Source of the DNA: Candidatus Spongiihabitans sp.
Lineage (GTDB): Bacteria > Pseudomonadota > Gammaproteobacteria > Arenicellales > Poriferihabitantaceae
DNA: 64,000 nt
Direction: 5' to 3'
Assembly (NCBI GenBank): GCA_965237725.1
Contig: OZ250151.1
Coordinates: 2,951,883 to 3,015,882 of the forward strand
In this document: positions 1 to 7,973 of the stretch, piece after piece
Layout: every line of letters begins with the position of its first letter
Numbering within the stretch: position 1 is the first letter of the stretch
Made by a program: the position numbers and the translations under genes
Notes under the pieces: generated by a model
Database searches by the model: none
Told to the model about the DNA's origin: nothing
Seen by the model: only the letters and a program-made list of their open reading frames with translations

Positions 1-444
1 AGCCAGATTCTCATCGATAATGTGACCATAAAAAATAGCTTATACGATGGTATTGATTTAGACTTTGTCAACGGAAAAATACATAATCTAAATATTAATC
101 AATCTGGAAATGACGGGTTGGACCTATCTGGTTCCGAATTAACGATTGACGGTATCAATATAGTCGGCGCAGGTGATAAAGGAATCAGTTTTGGTGAACG
201 GTCTTATACTACAGTATCGAATGCAATTATCAAAAACGCATCTACAGGGATTGCTGTCAAAGATGAATCTGTTATTACGGCAAAAAATGTCCAGTTTTCA
301 GATCTAGAAATTGGGTTTTCGGCCTACAAGAAGAAGTCGGAATTTGACGGCGGCGAATTGATAATTGAAAACGCAATCTGGAACGACACCGTTAAAATGA
401 TTTCGAACAAAGACAACTATTCAAGCATAACTTGGATCAATTAG
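1..444 (+). CDS. Right-handed parallel beta-helix repeat protein, C-terminal part (5' end lies upstream of the window)
   Basis: Frame 1 is open from base 1 (SQILIDNVTIKN...), so the Met at 22 is internal. Repeating ~22-aa units GIDLDFVNG / GNDGLDLSGS / GDKGISFGE / STGIAVKDE are typical beta-helix coils. The stop lies 11 bp before the DUF4956 gene. Confidence 0.65.
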   Translation, partial: SQILIDNVTIKNSLYDGIDLDFVNGKIHNLNINQSGNDGLDLSGSELTIDGINIVGAGDKGISFGERSYTTVSNAIIKNASTGIAVKDESVITAKNVQFSDLEIGFSAYKKKSEFDGGELIIENAIWNDTVKMISNKDNYSSITWIN

Positions 445-455
445 AGTAATTTAAA

Positions 456-1136
456 ATGGGTGATTTAATTATAGACAAGAACATTTTTACGGGTGCCGTA
501 CACCCAGAGGAAATTGCATTTCAGCTACTTATTGCGGCAATTCTCGCCGCGATTGTCCAGTTTCATTTCGCAAAATATGGCGATACAGTTTCAAACAGAC
601 GCGAGTTACGTATTGTCATTCCTATTGTCTGTTTGACCACAGTATTAGTGATTTCGGTAGTTAAGTCTTCGCTAGCATTATCATTGGGCTTGGTTGGTGC
701 GTTATCAATCGTCAGATTTCGTACACCAATCAAAGAGCCGGAGGAACTTGGTTATCTTTTTCTCTCAATTGCCATTGGCCTGGGACTTGGCGCAGGTCAA
801 GTCATAACGACAATAATCAGTGTAGCGATGATATTGTTAGTAATTACAATATTCAAAATATATTTGAAATCGAGCAGAGCAAAAGAAATTTATCTAAATA
901 TCGATATCATGGACCATGCTCAATCTCCGACAGAAAAATGCAACTCGTTAATTAGTCACTATTTCGATAATGCAGAGCTACTACGTTATGGGTACAACAA
1001 TGATATACATCAGATGGTCTATCGTTTGGAAGCCAATGATCCCGACACACTTGGAATTTTTGTTGAAAAAATTAAATTGGAATACGAAAGCGTCACTGCC
1101 AATTTTGTGGAATTACCAAAAAATCCCGGACTCTGA
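456..1136 (+). CDS. DUF4956-family integral membrane protein
   Basis: 226 aa with several hydrophobic helices. The block SLALSLGLVGALSIVRFRTPIKEPEELGYLFLSIAIGLGLGAGQ matches the DUF4956 signature as I recall it. A 3-bp gap separates it from the VTC gene, its usual partner. Confidence 0.7.
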   Translation: MGDLIIDKNIFTGAVHPEEIAFQLLIAAILAAIVQFHFAKYGDTVSNRRELRIVIPIVCLTTVLVISVVKSSLALSLGLVGALSIVRFRTPIKEPEELGYLFLSIAIGLGLGAGQVITTIISVAMILLVITIFKIYLKSSRAKEIYLNIDIMDHAQSPTEKCNSLISHYFDNAELLRYGYNNDIHQMVYRLEANDPDTLGIFVEKIKLEYESVTANFVELPKNPGL

Positions 1137-1139
1137 TTT

Positions 1140-1835
1140 ATGGCAGATAATGCTGTAGAAATCGTTAAACGCGTCGAGCTGAAATATGCAGCACCCGTCC
1201 ATGAAGCATATAAAATTAATTTCTGGATAAAAAATCACCCTGCAAACTTAATGCAAAAATATCCGGACAGAATTGTCAACAATGTTTATTTAGACACGGT
1301 AAGATTTGATTCGTTGTTCGACAACTTAAGCGGGATTAGCGAAAGAAAAAAATATCGTCTACGATGGTATGGGTCCAGTTCGAGTAACGGACCTTTAAGC
1401 TTTGAAATAAAATCTAAACATAACAGCGTAAGTTCCAAACGAACTTATAAAGTTGGGAATTGCAATCTCAATAATGGATTTAGCTGGAAAAATATCGTAG
1501 CAGAAAAGTTAATGTTATTACCTGATGAAATTGCTTTCAGCCTAAAAGACAATTTATATGCAGTCGTTGCCAACAAATATGTACGCTCTTACTACGAATC
1601 ACGATGTGGTTCATTTAGGGTCACGGTTGATACGGCACACAGAGCATATGAACAATGGACTAAAATGGCCCCCAATTTCAATATGCCATCGGTAGTTCCG
1701 GATATTGCAATTATTGAAGTAAAATACCTCTTGGAGAATGAGCGCACCGGCAGGAGTTTTGCAGAATCCATTCCTTATCGTTTCACCAGACATTCCAAGT
1801 ATTTGGTCAATGCTGTTAACAGTCTGCCTAGTTGA
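1140..1835 (+). CDS. VTC-domain protein (stand-alone polyphosphate-polymerase-like, triphosphate-tunnel fold)
   Basis: 231 aa. N-terminal RVELKY (E-x-K of tunnel-fold enzymes) and basic beta-strand motifs SFEIKSK, IIEVKY, RFTRHSKY, in the order seen in bacterial VTC-domain proteins. Adjacent to DUF4956. Confidence 0.7.
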   Translation: MADNAVEIVKRVELKYAAPVHEAYKINFWIKNHPANLMQKYPDRIVNNVYLDTVRFDSLFDNLSGISERKKYRLRWYGSSSSNGPLSFEIKSKHNSVSSKRTYKVGNCNLNNGFSWKNIVAEKLMLLPDEIAFSLKDNLYAVVANKYVRSYYESRCGSFRVTVDTAHRAYEQWTKMAPNFNMPSVVPDIAIIEVKYLLENERTGRSFAESIPYRFTRHSKYLVNAVNSLPS

Positions 1836-1855
1836 TTAATGTAAAATTGCTACGA

Positions 1856-2728
1856 CTATTCTGGCCATCTAAAATCAATTATAGATGTTTTACGGTGTGG
1901 TGGTTCAATCGATACTAGATTTAGAATTACATTTTTCCCTTCAATCGAAACTTCCAGAACAGCATTTAATTCAATCTCTCCCAATCCAGATCCAACAAAA
2001 GTTATATTATCTACTTGATCAAAATGTGCAGGTTCAGAGTCGGGCCTTCCACCCATATCCCCAGCAATAAAATATACTCTTTTATCACTGCTCTCCATCA
2101 AAATCGGGTGTAATTTACTCCAATAGTTACTTTTTTTGACCATGTTATATCGTGATCCCATATTGGCTTTAAAATCCCCGTACCGATCAATATTACTCAA
2201 CCAAACTAAAAAGTGGGTAATTATAAAAATATTTTCATGTTTAGATTTTGCAATACTGTTATTTATGAAACTTAACTTTTCATCAGAAAATACGCGTAGA
2301 CGATTCCTTGAATCAACAACAAGCACCAAAGCATTATCGTATTCCACAGAATAGTTAAGCGAATCATGGCGTTGTTTGAGATTTGAAATACACACTTTGG
2401 TGCGTTCATGTGAGCCTCTGACCAAAAACGGGTTAATCTTTAATTTAGTGAATTGATCAATCAATATATCCCAATTCTCTGCTGTGCATTCCCGAATAAA
2501 ATCCCCTGCAAAAAATAAAGGGTTGGAAACAGCAGGCGAATACTCACCAATAAATTTTAGAAGATTATCATCCAAACCTTTATTGGTTTTGTGATGAGAG
2601 CCGTAACCATGACCGACAACATGAAATTTTTTTAACTCCGGATGACCAGAATCGCCTTGGAATCTGTAAACCGCGGTAGCCACAATCAAAGCGAATACTG
2701 CGCTAAGAAAAATATAATTTCGACTCAT
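1856..2728 (-). CDS. Calcineurin-like metallophosphoesterase, membrane-anchored, non-canonical motif I
   Basis: 290 aa with an N-terminal signal-anchor (IFLSAVFALIVATAVY). The phosphoesterase motif order is recognisable: GHGYGSHH / FFAGDFI / VRGSHE / IITHF / IAGDMGG. Confidence 0.55.
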   Translation of the reverse strand: MSRNYIFLSAVFALIVATAVYRFQGDSGHPELKKFHVVGHGYGSHHKTNKGLDDNLLKFIGEYSPAVSNPLFFAGDFIRECTAENWDILIDQFTKLKINPFLVRGSHERTKVCISNLKQRHDSLNYSVEYDNALVLVVDSRNRLRVFSDEKLSFINNSIAKSKHENIFIITHFLVWLSNIDRYGDFKANMGSRYNMVKKSNYWSKLHPILMESSDKRVYFIAGDMGGRPDSEPAHFDQVDNITFVGSGLGEIELNAVLEVSIEGKNVILNLVSIEPPHRKTSIIDFRWPE

Positions 2729-2975
2729 ATCTAATTACAGGGTTACCAAATCTTATGGAGTGAGAAAGGCGCTTATAAAGAAAATTTGTGATGTTCATTA
2801 AAACTGAAAGGATCGGAAGTATAAAGCCCAAGCCAGAAATTGGAAACATTTCAAAGCATCAACATTAGTTACCTAAAATAGCCTGAAACGAACCGAAATA
2901 GACTGACCAAGTACTTAAATGGGCACATAGTCCATCACAATGGAGTGAAAGTATCATTGATCGGATATAATATAG

Positions 2976-3950
2976 TTAATCAGTCGGGACAGTTTGAGAG
3001 GGGTATATTAGCTTACTTCTGAGCGCCTCGTAGGGGGCATTTCCCTGATGCGCACCATGCGGTCTAAAGAAGTTATAAAAGTTCTCCCATTCGGCTAGTT
3101 TTTTATTCAAATCCTGATCGTCTACATAGGAAGCAGTTGATAAAATTCTTGTTGATCCGATCGATGAGATCGTTCTACCTTGCCATTAAGCTGTGGTGAA
3201 CGGGGTTTGATATAAACATGTCGAATCCCCTGGTCTTCGACGTGCCAGTGGAACAGAGCCTGAAATTCATGTCCTCTATCGGTACGAACCGTATGAATAC
3301 GAAAAGGGAATTTCTTGATAATATGATCGATAAAACGTATCGCATTTTTTTGGTTGTGGCGTGAGCAAATTTTTAATGCACGAACCCGTGTTGCATCATC
3401 AATAGCGGTATATTGATAGCGCTTTATCTTCTTCCCATTTTCATCAATAAAGCGAAGAAACTTAACGTCTACCTGGATGTGGTGGCCGGGCACCTGCTTT
3501 TCATAACGCTTCGTATGGACCGCTCTTCGACCCACTTTTCCAGGAAGCCGATTCAATCCATTACGCTTGAGAACGCGATAGACTGTGGCGTCACAAATAC
3601 GGATGTCATGATAACGCTGCAGATACCAAACGATTCGGTTCGGCCCCAGGTGATAGACACGCCTTAAGTGGAGAATCTTTTCAATTACCTGTGGTGGTGT
3701 TGCCTTAGGATGGCTTTTGGGAATACGTTTCTTGTTGGCTAATTCAGAATCGCCACCGGATTTATATAGGGCTCGCCACCGATAAAATGAGGATTTTGGT
3801 ATCCCGAAGTACCGACAGGTCTTAATGACACAACCTGTTTCTTTTGCATGTTCTAAAACGCGTTTTCTACGTCGAATCTCTCGTAAATCTTCTTTGTTCA
3901 TGACAGTCTCCTATGACTAATTTCATAATAGGATAAACTGTCCCACAAGA
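2976..3950 (-). mobile_element. IS481-family insertion sequence (about 0.97 kb) with frameshifted transposase
   Basis: DDE transposase ORF plus its displaced C-terminal frame. A 10-bp terminal inverted repeat is present: GGGACAGTTT at 2986-2995 and AAACTGTCCC at 3935-3944. The right end reads TGTGGGACAGTTT on the complementary strand. Exact ends and the target duplication are not resolvable by eye. Confidence 0.75.
3122..3901 (-). CDS. IS481-family DDE transposase (C-terminal ~50 codons continue in another frame at 2976-3128; probable pseudogene)
   Basis: N-terminal HTH (CRYFGIPKSSFYRWR). DDE core TAIDDATR / VRTDRGHEF / NGKVERSHR. The ORF ends ...EFYQLLPM*, while the frame offset by one base reads YVDDQDLNKKLAEWENFYNFFRPHGAHQGNAPYEALRSKL, the normal IS481 C-terminus. 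Confidence 0.85.
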   Translation of the reverse strand: MNKEDLREIRRRKRVLEHAKETGCVIKTCRYFGIPKSSFYRWRALYKSGGDSELANKKRIPKSHPKATPPQVIEKILHLRRVYHLGPNRIVWYLQRYHDIRICDATVYRVLKRNGLNRLPGKVGRRAVHTKRYEKQVPGHHIQVDVKFLRFIDENGKKIKRYQYTAIDDATRVRALKICSRHNQKNAIRFIDHIIKKFPFRIHTVRTDRGHEFQALFHWHVEDQGIRHVYIKPRSPQLNGKVERSHRSDQQEFYQLLPM

Positions 3951-3969
3951 TATGTAATATTTACAAAAA

Positions 3970-4290
3970 TTGGAAGTTGGTTCAACTCTTTCAAAGTTGG
4001 GGCTCCCAGAAGTCTCGATTACAAGTGATGACGAGAAGGAAGTTGACAATGACGACAATGTAAGCATCAATTTTTTCCTCAATTCAAAAAACGAACTAAA
4101 TACAATTAGTCAGTTATTGAGAACAGGTACAGATCTGGAAGATAATGAAGATCCAATTTCTTCCGATCCAGAATTAGGCACCCTTCGGTTTTTTAATCAT
4201 TTCTATGACCCTCAGAATGCAGGTCGAGCTTTGACTGTTGTTGGTTTTCCCGCGGGCCACCCATCTCCTGGTTGGGTATTGACAAGTTAA
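3970..4290 (+). pseudogene. Orphan ORF / probable gene remnant with a zinc-phospholipase-C-like HFYDP motif
   Basis: The frame opens right after the IS end (in-frame TAA at 3955-3957). TTG start and no RBS. The product is acidic and low-complexity. FFNHFYDPQN resembles the H-F-W-D-P-D zinc-ligand motif of zinc phospholipase C. Only 106 codons. Confidence 0.3.
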
Positions 4291-4521
4291 CTCCTGTACT
4301 TGGGTCAAGGCAACATAATGAGCTTTGTTAAACTAGAATAACAGCGATTAACACCCGCAGCGGCCGAGATTAGCGATAAAGATGACATCTAACTCGCCAC
4401 TTTTTTCTCAAAATTCAGTTAACTTGTCAACACCTGTTGGCGGACTTTATAATGAATATACGCGACTGGCAGGGTAATGATTCTTTTAGATGAGTTTTTA
4501 GGAACGACAAGCAACTAAGCA

Positions 4522-7377
4522 TCACAATCCTCTAGAAATATTTTTTTCTAAGTTTATATATTCTCTTCTCCATACTCTCCAAATGTTAAAAAATATTGGA
4601 TGTGCATTAGGTAGTGCCTCCCGAATTTCTTCAATATTAAAATACCAAGGCTTTCCTACGGCAGAAAAATGTACGATTGGAATTTTTAAAATACTTGCTT
4701 CCGGATCGCCAAAGTGGTACTCCTTATTTGTATCTGCCCATTCTGAATTTAGACATCCATAAATATCCTCCATAACCAGAATCTCTGCACTGAACTCGTG
4801 GTTGATGATGTCCATATCGTAATATTTATTTTCATAAGCCGCCTGGAAGTGATTTTCCACTCTCGACCATAATTTCTGCGATGGTTTGATTACCATAAGA
4901 AAAGAAGTTACCCAAGGGCCATCCAACCAATATGCGTTGGGTGCTGCTATATCGACTTCATTGGGCAAATCGAATAGATGATCCAAATCCTTTAAAGGAA
5001 GAGTATCAGCATCCAAATAGATTACCCGGCGATACTGGCCGAGTTGAAAAGCGCGTAATTTAGTCAAACATCCCTGATACCATTCTTCATACACCTTGTT
5101 TAACGGTGCACAAATCACGATTTTCATTCCAATTTTTTCCATTGTTTTTATTATTTCTGACGAAACATCGTGCAACAAAACTAAAAAATCAACATCTCCT
5201 CGCCGACTAAATTGCATTAACCTTAAACAGGCAACAATAACAGCCAATCCGTAGCTGTCAGATGTTGCATAAAATACATATGCAAATACCTTATTAGATG
5301 ATTCTTGCGGGACAACACCTAAATATTCACTCGATAGTGTGCTAGACAGGTATTTTCTTTTTGCATAATCCGGTAATTCCATGGATCGCTTCTTCAGTCC
5401 ATTTACAAAGGGCGGCCAAAATGACGTTTTATGCCAATGCCTTTCCTTTAAGAAAAGTTGCTGATAGTAACCAGGATGTTTCTCCATTAGTAAGGCATCA
5501 CCAGCAAACATCTTATTTTTTTCCGCTTCCGATTCTCGCCAGATTTTACGAGACCAGGGCGGATGGTAAACGAATGCATGCTCGGAAAAAGGAATATCTC
5601 CACGTTGTTTAAGTCGCCATCCAAAATCGGTATCGTATCGAAAGTTAACCTCATCAAACCGAACATCAAAACCATTTATCGAATGAAAATCCTTGGCACG
5701 AACGAACATGTTGCCAGTCATATAGCCTATTGATTCCGACCCATAATTATGGACGCTTCTCCAATCAGGATCGTTGGTACGATCGGAAAAAATTCTTCCT
5801 TCCAGCCCAACCACATCCATCGTTTGTAGCACCTTCCCAGCTTCCAATAACCATTGTTCTCCGGGCTCACAATCATCATCAATAAACACTATAAATTTGC
5901 CACGAGAAGCTTCTGCTGCCAAATTTCTAGCTCGACATGCGCCTTTGATCGTAGTATGAATTAAGGTTATATCGAGTCCAATGTTCGGGTTGGTGAAGGG
6001 CACTTCGCTTTGGTCAACAATAATCACTTCGAAGTTTTTTTCATGTTGATTTGTTAGCAGATCCAGCAATCTTCTCAGTTTTTCATGTCTATTCAATGTG
6101 GGAATAGTCACCGAAAATAACAACTCCCCCGGATTTTCCGGGTTGTTCATTTTTTGAGCTGGCTTACATGACTTGCTAAGGAGGACGCCCAGTCCTTCGG
6201 ATATGTTCCCCCAGTCATAATGTTTTTCCACTAATGTACGCCCGCGCCGTGACAAAACTTCTCGATAATTTGCATCTGCCGCTAAACTCTTTACAGAATC
6301 GATGAAGTTCTCTATGTCAGATATGATAAATTCCCCATCATTCTGTATACCTCGGGCACCTACCGCCGATGAAACCACAGGCAAGCCTGCAGAAAGGTAA
6401 TCAAACATTTTTATATTGGTCCCGGACCCTGAAAACATTGGGTTGATAGCAATATCCGAAGCATGCAACCAATGAAGTTTTTGTCCGTCATCAACCCCAC
6501 CAATGACATTTACATTGAAAGGGAGTTTCTCAGAAGGATTTTTACGAATAAACGCGGGACCCGAATCGCCCAAAAGCCCGAAGGTTATATGCGGACATTC
6601 TGGCGCTATTTCCCTGCAAATAAATTCAACGGCTTCAATATTTGGAATATATTGACCCCCAATAAATAGTGCTGTCATGGGGCTATCCGGGAAAGACCCG
6701 TAGAAGTCTGCTGTCCTGGACGTGCGCGAGATCGTTGAAATCTCGTTTATGAATGCGCCATTTGGGCAAAGGTTAATTTTTTCCGGCTCAACATCATACA
6801 TATCGACGAACCCGGCCATATCTTCATTGGAACACGCAAGAATTAAGTCCGCTGCGGCACAAAGTTCCCTTTCGACACTTTCTACTTCTTGAAGAAGCTC
6901 CGCATCGATAGCGCTTTCGCCTAAAAGCATTTTTCTGAGTTTCCCTTCTATGTTATGCGCATCATAAACCAACAACTGATGGGAGATATTGACGGCATGT
7001 TTTGCGACCGCATACATCCATGGATGGGAGAAAATTACAACATCGGATTGTTGAAGCGTTCGAATTGCGGTAATGCACAAATCGGTGGATTGATATCCCA
7101 GCCTGGGAAAAGATTCATCAATTAATGATGGGCCTGGAGAACTCTCATGTAGAGAATTCAGTGCTTCGAAGTGTATGTCACTAAACGAAATTGTGATTTC
7201 TCTAAAATTTTCCTGATGCTGAATTTCTCTATTTGTCTGTCCCCTCCAATGAAACGCACCGACATAAGTAACATCGAAGTTATTTCCAAGGTTGCTATAC
7301 AAACCTTTTAGCCTTAATCGGCTTCCGCCAAAAGCAGGTTCAATAGGCTCTATTCCCAGAACACATACTTTAATCAC
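4522..7377 (-). CDS. Triple-domain glycosyltransferase (GT4 - GT2 - GT8/glycogenin-like fusion)
   Basis: 951 aa. Residues ~1-400 form a GT-B/GT4 domain (ALFIGGQYIPNIE..., NPMFSGSGTNIKMFDYLSAGLPVVSS). Residues ~420-650 form a GT2 domain (FSVTIPTLNRHEKL, EVIIVDQSE, FIDDDCEP). Residues ~700-951 form a GT8 domain (YVFYATSDSY, VIYLDADTLPLKDLDHLF, HFSAVGKPW). Confidence 0.85.
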   Translation of the reverse strand: MIKVCVLGIEPIEPAFGGSRLRLKGLYSNLGNNFDVTYVGAFHWRGQTNREIQHQENFREITISFSDIHFEALNSLHESSPGPSLIDESFPRLGYQSTDLCITAIRTLQQSDVVIFSHPWMYAVAKHAVNISHQLLVYDAHNIEGKLRKMLLGESAIDAELLQEVESVERELCAAADLILACSNEDMAGFVDMYDVEPEKINLCPNGAFINEISTISRTSRTADFYGSFPDSPMTALFIGGQYIPNIEAVEFICREIAPECPHITFGLLGDSGPAFIRKNPSEKLPFNVNVIGGVDDGQKLHWLHASDIAINPMFSGSGTNIKMFDYLSAGLPVVSSAVGARGIQNDGEFIISDIENFIDSVKSLAADANYREVLSRRGRTLVEKHYDWGNISEGLGVLLSKSCKPAQKMNNPENPGELLFSVTIPTLNRHEKLRRLLDLLTNQHEKNFEVIIVDQSEVPFTNPNIGLDITLIHTTIKGACRARNLAAEASRGKFIVFIDDDCEPGEQWLLEAGKVLQTMDVVGLEGRIFSDRTNDPDWRSVHNYGSESIGYMTGNMFVRAKDFHSINGFDVRFDEVNFRYDTDFGWRLKQRGDIPFSEHAFVYHPPWSRKIWRESEAEKNKMFAGDALLMEKHPGYYQQLFLKERHWHKTSFWPPFVNGLKKRSMELPDYAKRKYLSSTLSSEYLGVVPQESSNKVFAYVFYATSDSYGLAVIVACLRLMQFSRRGDVDFLVLLHDVSSEIIKTMEKIGMKIVICAPLNKVYEEWYQGCLTKLRAFQLGQYRRVIYLDADTLPLKDLDHLFDLPNEVDIAAPNAYWLDGPWVTSFLMVIKPSQKLWSRVENHFQAAYENKYYDMDIINHEFSAEILVMEDIYGCLNSEWADTNKEYHFGDPEASILKIPIVHFSAVGKPWYFNIEEIREALPNAHPIFFNIWRVWRREYINLEKNISRGL

Positions 7378-7961
7378 GATCCAAAATTACAATGCTTAAA
7401 CCCCAGTGATGCGACCAAAGTACGACAAACGTTATCCTCTGGTTTGTTTTCGACCAAGGTCGATGGGTGACATAACACTGTGCTGTCAACATTAATGTAT
7501 TTTTTTAAACAGGACTGAATCTCGTTGCTAACGCAAAACAAACCCTTAATTCCAGGGCGGGAAAGTGCGGCAATATCTACATTCCGAATTATCTTTTGCT
7601 GCATAAGCTGATCCTTTGAAGTATTGTCGTCATCATGCCAATCTGGAAATTGTGGAATGGTATGGGGCAAATAACTGACGTGATTTCGATGGCGTACGAC
7701 GTAACCAGGAGACCCGGTTGAAATCACGCCGTCATACGCACTTAGATCAACATCATAAAAGCAAAGATAGGTTCTAAGTATCTCTTCGAAAGATTCTTCA
7801 TTATTCGGTAAACTGATTTCTTCAACTAACAACCCCTTTTCTGTTAACCCATGATTCAGGCCACTAATCAGACACTCACCTTCCAATTCATCAGATTGAC
7901 CGCGAACAGTTAATAAAGCCACCCTCGGAGCTGATCGGGAAATAGAAGCGTTATTTGTCAC
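7374..7961 (-). CDS. Hypothetical protein resembling only the N-terminal Rossmann half of a GT-B glycosyltransferase
   Basis: 195 aa. The pattern YDGVISTGSPGYVVRHRNHVSYLPHT ... IKGLFCVSNEIQSCLKKYINVDSTVLCHPS matches GT4 N-domain / linker motifs, and no C-terminal domain is present. Its stop overlaps the start of the 951-aa gene by 4 nt. Confidence 0.45.
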   Translation of the reverse strand: MTNNASISRSAPRVALLTVRGQSDELEGECLISGLNHGLTEKGLLVEEISLPNNEESFEEILRTYLCFYDVDLSAYDGVISTGSPGYVVRHRNHVSYLPHTIPQFPDWHDDDNTSKDQLMQQKIIRNVDIAALSRPGIKGLFCVSNEIQSCLKKYINVDSTVLCHPSTLVENKPEDNVCRTLVASLGFKHCNFGS

Positions 7962-7973
7962 AGTAACCAGTTG

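Noticed and set aside
3119-3131. Programmed ribosomal frameshift in the IS transposase
   Set aside because: IS481-family transposases are normally single ORFs. The junction has no slippery heptamer or downstream structure, and the shift lies after the DDE triad. A mutational indel or sequencing error is more likely.
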